Source: Blastocladiella emersonii ATCC 22665 (Eukaryota > Fungi > Blastocladiomycota). Taken from it: a stretch of DNA of 64,000 nt. This document shows positions 1-9,708 of this stretch, piece by piece; positions within the stretch are counted from its first letter, which is position 1, and every line of letters begins with the position of its first letter. The DNA lies in the NCBI GenBank assembly GCA_025594325.1, contig JANHCV010000005.1, positions 1,116,001 to 1,180,000 on the forward strand. Direction: 5' to 3'. Under the pieces are notes generated by a model. It was not told the origin of the DNA. It did not search any database and saw only the letters and a list, made by a program, of their open reading frames with translations. The position numbers and the translations under genes are program-made.

Positions 1-792
1 CAGCGAGGTCGTCGACTTGCCCTTGTCCGAGAGCAGGCCGCCAGCGAGCGGCGACCACGGGATCACGCCGACGCCCATGTCGCGGCACAGCGGCAGCATC
101 TCGCGCTCCTCCTCGCGGTACGCCAGGTTGACGAGGTTCTGCATGCTGACAAATTGCGTCCACCCGTTGCGCTCGGCCACGGCCTGCGCCTTGGCAAACT
201 GCCACGCGTACATGGAGCTCGCGCCAATGTAGCGGACCTTGCCGGCCTTGACGAGGTCGTGCAGCGCGCCCATGGTCTCCTCGATGGGCGTGTTGTAGTC
301 CCAGCGGTGGATCTGGTACAGGTCAATGTAGTCGGTGCCGAGGCGCGCGAGCGAGGCCTCGACCGCCTCGAAAATGTACTTGCGCGAGAGGCCGCGCTTG
401 TTGGCCATGGCGTACGCGGGCAGCGACGCGAGCGCCGGCTGGTCGGTCGGCGTGTCGCCGACCTGGAAGAAGACCTTGGTCGCAATCACAATCTCGGACC
501 GCTTGATGTCGCCGTTCTCGCGCATGAACTGGCCAAGGAGGCGCTCCGACATGCCCGAGGAGTAGACGTCGGCCGTATCGAAGAAGTTGATGCCGTGGTC
601 CCACGCGGCGCGCAGGAGCGGCAGGGCCTTGTCGGCGTCGAGGACCCACTTTTCCCAGTCGGACGAGCCGTACGACATCATGCCGACGCAGATGCGCGAG
701 ACCTGGAGGCCGGTCTTGCCGAGGCGGGCGTAGTGCATCTTGTGCGCGTTCGGGCGGTCGGTGGCGGTCGCAGCGGTGGTAGTGGTCGACAT
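1..792 (-). CDS. Aldo-keto reductase (YajO/aryl-alcohol dehydrogenase-like), copy 1, 3' part runs off the window start
   Basis: Sequence matches 45908-46699 at a constant offset of 45,907; the full copy has the AKR tetrad motifs FFDTADVY, IATKV and LYQIHRWD. ATG at 792. Confidence 0.93.
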   Translation of the reverse strand, partial: MSTTTTAATATDRPNAHKMHYARLGKTGLQVSRICVGMMSYGSSDWEKWVLDADKALPLLRAAWDHGINFFDTADVYSSGMSERLLGQFMRENGDIKRSEIVIATKVFFQVGDTPTDQPALASLPAYAMANKRGLSRKYIFEAVEASLARLGTDYIDLYQIHRWDYNTPIEETMGALHDLVKAGKVRYIGASSMYAWQFAKAQAVAERNGWTQFVSMQNLVNLAYREEEREMLPLCRDMGVGVIPWSPLAGGLLSDKGKSTTSL

Positions 793-1487
793 GCTGGTGA
801 TGTGGTTTTGGGAGTGGCGGTTGCTGGGTGCGTTGGACTGTGTGTCTTGGGAGAGAGCGCTGCGACCGACCGACCCTTCTTATACCGGAGCCGTGTTGGG
901 CTCGTTGGTCGCCACGGGTCGCCGGCGGAGGCGAAACGCGCCCGCTTGCAGCGCTCCGTCGGAGCCCAGCGACCGCGCTGCGCCACTCCCCGTCGGGGCC
1001 CATCGGCACGCCACCTCGTCATCGCAGCGCCGCCGGGGCCGGCAGTTTGCTCGCAACTCAAGTGTGCGTGAAGCCGCGACATGAGGGTATACTTTCCTGC
1101 TCACTCGTCTCAACACTCGTCCGTGTCACCGGGTAGGGCCAAAAGTGAACTGTTCTTGACGGCGAGTGGCATCGTATCCACTCGACCAAGTTTCCACGGC
1201 CGGATACGCCGTTGGAGATGCTGTCGCTCACGTCGGGGACAGGCGAGAGCGCCGCGGGCAAAGTTGGCGGCTCAGCGCTCGCGTCCAGGTCCTCGGCAAA
1301 TTACGAGTTCGGCAGCAGCAGCAGCCTTCGGTCCCACGTACGACATGTTCCCGCCCGGATCGCGGGCGGCCAACGAGGTCGAGCAGTACCGCCGACATCT
1401 CAAAATGAGAGCCTCGAGTATCGGACAAGTCATGCATGTACTCGGCGCTCTGTTATCCTGCCTTGCGTTCGAAGCAACCGAGGTCGA
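1..1487 (+). repeat. Direct segmental duplication, copy A (partner 45908-47394)
   Basis: ORF translations are identical at offset 45,907 until the breakpoint, and nucleotide spot checks match. The copies diverge after ...GCAACCGAGGTCGA (next base C at 1488 vs A at 47395). Confidence 0.95.
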
Positions 1488-1610
1488 CAGGGCAGCTCGT
1501 TCGTGAGTTTCTGCGCTCCTTGACTGGGCCGGAGCCACATGAAACGTGACGCGATGCTCAAGTGCACGTGACGTGGGCTCAGCAAAGTGGTAAGTTGAGA
1601 TCCGGTCAGC

Positions 1611-2126
1611 TCAAAGGCGCGGCAGCGGCGACGAAGTGTTGGCGCTCAGCACGACCTGCGCCGGCGTCACCTGGCCGCGGCCCTTGAAGTAGTAGCTGCG
1701 GTTGAGCAGCACCGCCTCCTGGTCGGCGTTGAGGTTGGCGAGCTGGAACACGCTGAACGGGCCCGAGTACGGGTCGGTCGTGTCGTCGTCGGTCGGATCG
1801 GGCGGCGTGAACAGGAACGCCTGCGCGACGGCGCGGATCGAGTCGCCGGGTGTCGGCGAGCCGCCGGGCGCTGCTGAAGTTGTGGTCGGGGTACTCGACG
1901 CCCCCGGCGCGGACGACGATGCCGTGTCGGTGGCGGTCAGGGTCAGCGTGACGGGCGTCGAGAAGGTGCCCGACGTGATGGTGAGCGTGGCCGTGGTCGA
2001 CGTCACGGACCCGCTGCCGGGCGGCGGCGTCGTGGATGCGGGCGGCGCGAGCGAGGCCGACGCGTAGCCCGGGAGCACGAGGACCGTCGGGATGATGGTG
2101 CCGTCGATGGACGTGGCAACACGGTA
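1611..2126 (-). pseudogene. Orphan Ser/Thr/Pro-rich coding fragment, unknown product
   Basis: Stop-free frame with strong GC3 bias (SIDGTIIPTVLVLPGY...FSVFQLANLNADQEAVLLNRSYYFKG). There is no in-frame ATG and it is bounded by stops at both ends. Confidence 0.45.
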
Positions 2127-2315
2127 TCATGTGATGCGAGCGACGCGTCGGGTTTGCCTGAAATCCCTAACCGCGTGAGCGCGAGGCCTTCGTTTCCCAT
2201 CGCTCGCATACAAACCCCTCGCAATGGAACGGATGGAAGACTTGCTGCAACAACATGGAATGGACGCAGGAATTGATTGTGAAATAAGATCAGACCATGC
2301 ATTCTTCTCCAAAAT

Positions 2316-3846
2316 CTAGATGGCCGCGTGGCAGGCGTTCTTCTGCTGGTCGCAATCGCCAACCGAGATGCCGAGAGCGCGGCCCTCACCCGAGTTGACC
2401 TTGTTGGCGCACTTGTTGTGCTGCACGTCGCACGAGCGACCGAGCGCCGCGTTCTTGCCGACAAAGTCGCCGTTGAGCTGGCCGTCGACGATCACCTGGA
2501 ACGGGCGGCCACCGCCAACGTTCTTGACCTCGGGAGCGGGCACGTTGAGCAGCGCGCCAGTGAAGGTCTGCATGTCGCCCGCAGTACGAGCCATGGCCAC
2601 GGCCTTGAGCGCGCCGACGTCGGCCTGCTTCTTGGCGCCGTCAGCCGAGACGAGCTGGGCGGCGAGGGCCTGGCCGGCGGGGATGGCGGCGCGGCACTCG
2701 TTGCCCTGCTGGTCGCACTGGCCGACCGAGGCACCCGCGCCCGCGCGCTGCCCGTTGACCTCGTTGGCGCACTTGTTCTTCTGCACGTCGCACGAGCGAC
2801 CGAGGGCGGCCGCGGCCTGGAGGAAGTCGCCGTTCAGCTTGCCGTCAACGATCACCTGGAAAGGACGGTCGCCGCCGACAAAGTTGACCTCGGGCGCGCC
2901 CTGGCCGAACAGCTTGCCGGTGAAGGTCTGGATGTTGTTCCCGGCCTTGCCCGCGTTACCGCCGTTGTTGTTGCCGCTGCCGTTTCCGGGGGCCTGGGTC
3001 GGCGCGGCAGCGTCCTTGGTCACCGTGACCGTGACGGTGACGGTCGCCTCGGGTGGGCAGTTGTCCTTGGCCGGCGGCTGCACGGGGGCCGGCGTGGGCG
3101 GCGTGGTGGGCGCCGGCGGCGCAGGAGCGTTACCACCCGCGTTACCGCCGTTGTTGCCACCACCCGAAGTCAGGTCGGCGCAGCCGACGCAGTCTTTGAG
3201 CCCGAAATCGACGGCCTGCTGGCGCACCGACTTGCCGGCGCACGACGCCGCGTTGACGCGACCCGCGAGCGCGTCCTGGAGGCGCGCGTTGGCCTTCTGG
3301 TTGAACTCGGCCGACGAGATACCGCCCTTGCCGCCCGCGGCCGGGTCGATGATCGGGACGATGCAGCGCAGCTCGGCGCTCTTGGGCAGCGACGCGTCGT
3401 TGCAGAAGTTGGGCGCCGCGTTGGCGAGGAACGGGTTAAAGTTCTTCTCGGCGGCGACGAACTTGCGCGCGGCCTCGAAGCCCTGCTTCTCGCACCCGAA
3501 CTGCTTGCACCGCGTGATGATCTGTGGGCGGGATCGGTGAAATGTGAGTGAGAATGTTTCGAGCGGGAGCAGAGTATTGCGATCGACGTACCTCATCGGC
3601 GAGCGCGTAGCGGCCGCACGGGTCCGTGGCCGCGAGCAGCTGTGAGATGGCGGCGCCAGCAATCTGGTCGAAGCGGCCGTCGGCGGGAACACCGGGCAGG
3701 CGGCTTAGGGCGCGAATGTCGTTGAGGACGGTGGGGTTCTCCTGGCCGAAACGGCGCTTGTGCAGCTCGACGGGGGTCGCGGCGGCAAACTCGGTCACCA
3801 GGACGAGAGCGGCCACGAGGGCGAGGAGAATCGAGGGGCGGGTCAT
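2316..3846 (-). CDS. Secreted Cys-rich protein with two tandem C-terminal domains (486 aa; exons 3846-3592, 3521-2316)
   Basis: Signal peptide MTRPSILLALVAALVLVTEFAAA followed by a KR site. GT-AG intron 3591-3522 (70 nt) joins ...YALADE to IITRCK.... Two ~84-aa repeats (QTFTG..RPFQV..RSCDVQ.NKCAN..C..Q..C) lie 360 nt apart. Confidence 0.85.
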
Positions 3847-3997
3847 TCTTGGTGATGGTGCGTCTCGTGTCTAACGAGTGTAGGGGGGCGGGAGGATATG
3901 ACGAGCGGGGCAATAGATCGGCGCCAGGCCTGAAGGATTGTCCGCGAGAGGAGGATGGGTGGGTTGTTCGAGGTTGGAGAGCGGGGGCGGAGCGGGG

Positions 3998-4005
3998 TTT
4001 TTATA
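3998..4005 (-). promoter_or_regulatory. TATA-like box
   Basis: TATAAAAA on the minus strand, about 150 nt upstream of the ATG at 3846, in otherwise GC-rich DNA. Confidence 0.55.
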
Positions 4006-5008
4006 CTTTTCAGGGCCCGTCGTCGAGCGGTGGTCGCGGTCTCGCCGACGCGCTCGGTCTCTCCACAGGTCGACCGCGTTGCACGGCAGTGGCGGTGGCG
4101 ACCCTGAAAGCAGTGGCTTCGAGTTTCGAGCCTTGGGGTCCGGTGGTCGGGGAACTGGCGAGTGATCATGAATCGAGGGTGGCTCAGCAACGCCACCGCC
4201 ACTAATGTACTCGCTGCGAGTGGGGCCGTCATGCAAGCGGACTCTCACCCCATCTGGTGATGACAACACACGGGTGCGACTGAAACGACTTTGGACATGG
4301 CCTTCTGCCAGCTGCAGGTCGGGCGGAGCGGAACTCGGCGTTCCGGAAGGCCGAGCTCCGACCCGAAGGTCCCGAAACCAAACTGAAGATGCTTACACGG
4401 CCGGAAGTCGGCGAAGTCGTTGCACAGCGTACCTCAAACGAGATTGAAACTTCATAGCTGGCCGCGATTCGACAGGCTACTGGATGATCGCAACCAACTT
4501 GTGGACGCGTGGACGGAACTGCTACGTATGGTTGCTGCACCATGCAGCGCATCGCAGTCACGCGCTTCAACTGATACTTTTCCCTTCGCTGACGTGCAAC
4601 GCGTCGCTGAGCCCTTCCGCGAATGTGCGACATGGCTTTTCTGAGACGCATGATTCACTGGCAGATTAGCATATTGACCGGAGTGGTCGGCTTGGACACG
4701 GCGAACGTTTTCGCGCTGGCAGCTTGCCCGTGACGCTTTACAACAGAACGTCCGAACCGCGGACAAACGCGGCTGGGTCGGAGGTTGAGATGCTCCCGAG
4801 TGTCTCGAAAGATAGCTCATGCAGCGCTTTATTGCTCCTTCCGCGAGCTTCGGGCGGACGGCTAGGCTGGAAGGGCGAGAGACGCGTCGAGTTATCATGT
4901 GATGTGGCGCTCGGGGGCTCGCCTGCCTCGAAACGGGCCGCCTCTGCGCTGACGCACCCCGAGCCGTCGCCCTTCGAGTGTGAAAAGACCAGGACGAAGC
5001 GCAACTCT

Positions 5009-6111
5009 ATGCATTCCGCTCATGAAGCCGATGTTAAACAAGTGGACGGTGCTAGTGACGCACAACGCAACCTGGGCGGCATCCCGTTTGAGCTGCTCCT
5101 CAAAATCTTGCAGCTCGCGGAACCCCGCGCTCTACTACTTGCGTCATCGAGCGAAATTTACTGCGTGTACTCCGACCCTCTCTTGAAGCGCGTCTGGCAT
5201 CGCCGGCGCCTGACGCCGTGGCTCTCCGCAGGACTGAACAAGGTTGAAGATGTCACGGACAGCCGCCCGTACACCGACCTTGAGGGCTACTTGAAGCGCT
5301 CGAAACCAGGCTACAAGTACTATCCCAACCACCACTTTTATCGCGCGGCGTCGAGCGTCCTGCTCGACCTGATGAAACCCACGATTGTCTCGCGTAACTC
5401 ACGCAAGCTGCTGCTGTCCGACGTTGTCAGCGGCTCTGTCGGCTATGATTTGACATCGGAGCTCGCCGAGTACGGCTACATCTCCGACGACGTCGCTTTC
5501 ACCTCCCCGCTCAGTATTTATGTGGACTCGCATGCACCCGTACCCTCGTGTCTTGATTCGCCGGTTTTCTCTCAGCTCCACCTTTTTGTCGCGGCCGTCA
5601 TCCATGGCGGCGAGATACCTTCCCACTGGCTCGTTGAGGATACGCACGAACGTGCGCCTGAACTGCTTCAGCTTTGGCGCGACAACTGGCTCGTTATCTC
5701 GAGCGCTTCAATCGGCTTCTGGCCCCAAGGCTTCTCGAACCTTCCTCCACAAACACGGTTGCTCGACTATTTGGTGTTTATTTCGATCGTGACCTGGAAT
5801 CCAGGGCTTCCGAGGGAATCGAGGGTCTTGGACTCGAAGTTGATGCTTCGCGTCTGTTTGCCGTGTTTCAACCAACTTTCAAGGCGACCCAGTTTCTCAA
5901 GTATTACTTTCCCAAGCGCGCCGACGCTTTCGACAAAGTCACCCGCACGCTTGACTGGTTGAAACGATTTGCGTCTCCACTTGCAGATCACTTGATTGAT
6001 GCGGGACTAGACACATATCTCAAGCAGTTGAGCAAACGGTACAATGGATTCATGATCTCGTCCTCGCAAAAACTACAACAAGTAACCTTGGCGTGGTATG
6101 TCTTGTCCTGA
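5009..6111 (+). pseudogene. Divergent F-box-like family member, frameshifted and short
   Basis: N-terminus LGGIPFELLLKILQLAEPR. Family motifs HLFVAAVIHG and RLLDYLVFISIVTWN occur in one frame; homology (LEVDASRLFAVF, TLDWL) continues in another frame after ~5810 to a stop at 6111. Confidence 0.65.
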
Positions 6112-6329
6112 TCTAGGAAGAGCGGGTCCTCCTCTTGGCGTACGTCGCTGTCAAAGCTGGCCGCAGCGCTCTGGCCAGGCTCAAAGCAGGCGTGAGCACG
6201 CAGGTCGATTCTGAGCGCGCTTGGGGGCCATGTCATTGTCCACAATGTCATCATCTGCTCAGCATGACCCCGCCGATCCATGGCAGGAACTGCTAAATCA
6301 AGCTCGCGTTGCGGCTGTTGGAAGGCGGG

Positions 6330-6802
6330 TTAGAAGCGAGCAGCCGCGCGTTTCACAGCAGCAAACCGCGCATTTCTTAGAGCGAGAACACAGGCAAAAG
6401 CAGGCACTTTTTGGGCCCTGATCCGCTGGCGCGCCGAGTTCGCGTGCACCGTGCCCACAGGCGCTGAGCAGGACGCGATCTCGATGTACCCGAAGGGCAC
6501 GAACGTGGTCGGTTGCGATCCCAACGTCGCCGCGCGGCGTACTTCTTCTCAAGCGCGGCGTACTTCTTCTCAAGCGCGAGCAACCGGGCCTCGAACGACG
6601 CGGGGGCGGCGGCGTCGAGCGGGGCGGCGGCGGCGTCGAGCGGGGCGGGGATCATGATGGCGTCGAGCTGGCCGGGGATCATGGCGGGGTCGGACGGCGC
6701 GGGGATGATGCCGAACGGTGCGCTGGTGATGGCGGGGCTGGATGCCATCAGCTGGTCGACGAGCGCAGCGGCGTAGTCGACTGGGTTATACACTGCGTCC
6801 AT
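6330..6802 (-). pseudogene. Small frameshifted ORF with internal tandem duplications, unknown product
   Basis: ATG at 6802 (MDAVYNPVDY...). A 21-nt duplication encodes LEKKYAA twice. GC3-biased coding continues in a shifted frame (ATLGSQPTTFVPFGYIEIASC) after ~6530. Confidence 0.4.
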
Positions 6803-7231
6803 GGAGGATGATGGTTGGAGGGCGCAGCAACGGCGGCGGGAGGGGTGGCAGGAGGAGAGGGGGAGGGCGCGCTGCTGGCGGTCGCGGCCACAGCGGTGCG
6901 CCAAGCCGCACCAGTCGTTACGAGGGGCGGGCGGGGCGGAGGCTGCGTCACCATGACGCGGAGAAGCGGTCCAGCCGCGTGCGTCCCTGACGCAGAGGGC
7001 GCGCAAAGTCGCGCGAGCACGAGCTCGAGCTGCTGCGCCGCCAGCCCCCGGGCGTTTCAGGTCGCGTCACCTGCCGGAATTCACGCGCGCGGATGCGGCC
7101 TTGCGCGCCTGCTCGCGCGCTAGGCACCTCGAGGGATATGGGCGGCCTTTCTCCACCCTGGCCCGCTGCCCCCGTCGCTACGGCGGCGCTGCGCCCAGGC
7201 AGCTCCCCCTCAGTTTTCTTAAGATTCTTAC

Positions 7232-9345
7232 CTAAGGAAAGGGCCATCTACTGCTGTGCACTTGACAGGATTCCTTGCTGGAACCAGTCGATGGTGCGGC
7301 ACTGATCCACATCGAAAAGCAGTCGCGTGAATTGCTGGACCGATGCGAGGAGATTGCATTAGGCAACGCACTGCACACGCACCTTGGCTCGCAAAGCTCG
7401 TTGAAAACGTGCCACGACCCCGCGAAGTCGCGTATGTTGAGCTTGGATATCCCAGCAGCAAGCACGTCTACAGTGTCGCGCCACGCCTGTTGCGCAAGGA
7501 GCGGGCAGTCCGCGCAAATGGTGAGGCCGGGAAGCGTCCGAACGATGCGTTGAGTGACGAAGATCACGTCCGTTCGCACCGGGAAAGTCATCGCGCGAAG
7601 CATGGTGAGGAGAAACGTCGATTGCAGTTTGGCATCCTTGATCATGGCCATAGCGGAATCACACGTTTCCGGGCATGCGATGGAAGCAACTAGCAAGCGC
7701 GCCATGTACGGTGTGAGGTTGTGCTTGATAGTCGGCTCGAGAGTCTTGAAGGAAGCGATGACGATGTGCAGCAAGTCAAGCGGGTGGTTGATCAAGTCGC
7801 CGCTGATAAGGTATTTGAGACCCGCGTCGAATACACGCAGTCCCACGATATGTTTCGAAGCGACAAGCGTGCATTGTTCGAGGTGTACGTACTCGTTCAA
7901 GCTTCGACAGCATCAACATCATTGGCCCCCACAAAGGGGAGAGCGCAAAGAACATGCTGAGTGATGCCCAGGCGACCGCGCCACTGAAGACCCAATCGAA
8001 ACGCTAACGCGTACTTCAATTATCAGTTGCGTGGCCTCCACGTGTGATATGTAACAAAAACGTACCCTCCAGCAAAAACGCGTCAAATCCGGCTTCGCCG
8101 TGCTGCTTGCGGAGCCGGTCCACGAGAGCTGTTTCGCCACGCGCGATTGCTGCGCCCAGGAGAACCAGCCAAGCGGCCGACTGGATGTACCCGCTGGCGT
8201 CGAAGGGTTCAAGCTCGTCAACTGGCAGGTCTCGATCAAACCAGCGAATGATGGCGGCTCCAACCGGATGGATTGCAGGGCCGTTGGCGGTCAGATGGTA
8301 GAATGCCGGCGCGAAGCGTTTGGGAAACCGCCGCAAAAGTCCAACAAAGACGCGGTAGTTGTTGCGCTTAACGGCGTTCCGAACGAAAGGAGTATAAGAA
8401 AGCGCACGCAGGTCGGGTATGTTCTCAAACAGCCAAGAGTACGTGGCGAGCTCGTCATTGTGGTAAGGCACCTAACAGGCAGCTTTCCAGTGCCCAAACG
8501 AGTTGAACGTGCGCATCTCTGTCATGGTGAGAACGACGGCAGGCACGTTGACGCGGGCGAAGTTGTCCGACAGCAGAGCATGGAGTACGGGGAACCGTAG
8601 ATTGATGGTTGCAGCGTACGCGAGCACGTCGGGAAGCCGTGCAGGGAAATCCTCGGCCCCGGGGCCGGAACACTCGTGATTAATGATTAAAGCCGAGGTA
8701 GCGTTTGAGGCGGGAGTCTTCACCATCGAACAGGAGCGAACTCCACTCGGGCCGAGTCATTATCACGCAAAAGAGCTGCGGTGCGTCAGCGACCCTGGCG
8801 TCAAACAAGCAGCGGAACAGCTCGTTTCTACCGTAATCGATGGCCGCGACCAGGAGATGGATATAGTCGACAATTGGCTGGCTTGGCTTCGAATGGTCCG
8901 GCTTGGAAGCGGTCCATGCGGAGAAACCCTTGGTGACGGCCGATTGCAAGTTTGGAGCACTCGCGCCGCCTGTGAGAACGCAACGGCGGAGCCATTTGGC
9001 AAAGCGGACTAACAATTCGTCTGGTCTGGTACGGGGACGTGATTGTTCGTCTGGTACGGGGACGTGATTGTGGCTGGCCTCGAACAACCGCGTGACGAGT
9101 TGCCTGGGGCAGCCAAAAGATTGCTTATGGCGATCCTCGGCCTGGGTGACCACGTCGAGGCGAATCACCACGCGTAGCGACCACGGTATCAGGACTTGAT
9201 TGTCTCGCACACCTCCGCAAAGCGCCGAGGAAGCTGTTGCGATCAAGCTCCGCGGCACTGTGCGGCGGAGCAGCTCAGCCAGCAACTCGAGTGGTAAATC
9301 CGCAAGAGTAAGCTTATCAGGAGCGTCTTGCATAGAGTCATTCAT
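7232..9345 (-). pseudogene. F-box-like family member, multiply disrupted tandem paralog of 9709-12060
   Basis: Fragments 9345-8680, 8726-8472, 8471-8016 and 7900-7232 align by eye with the neighbour (LADLPxE, IVDYIHLLVAAID, LATYSWLFEN, HPLDLLH, DCPLxAQQAWRDTV). Lesions: 7-nt duplication frameshift at 8677-8690, TAG at 8472-8474, and further frameshifts. Confidence 0.88.
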
Positions 9346-9708
9346 TCCAGTTTTTCATGGATTCAGTTGCAAGCGAGGAGAGGACAAGGAGCAGCTGACC
9401 GAAGCGCGGCGCGTCGGTCAAGGGAACGCGTCGCGTCTCACCACCACGTGCCCCGTTGCCACCCACTGCCACCTTGACGCGCACGCTTTCTCCTCTCTGC
9501 CCAGCAACGACGTGGATCACTCAGTGAACGCGTATGCACGCGTGCTGTGGTGCCTGGGCTCAGCTCGTCGCTCGCGAAGCTGGCAAACAGTTCGTTGAGC
9601 AATACTCGCGTCAAGTCGATTTTCGCTCAAGCTCAAGAGCACAACACGTTCAGTCGAGCGAACATATATTTCAAATATCAGGAAGAAGAGCATCAGAGCC
9701 GAGGCGTA

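Noticed and set aside
4317-4365. GC-rich hairpin upstream of the secreted-protein gene
   Set aside because: Short stems of this kind are expected by chance at this GC content; no family motif.
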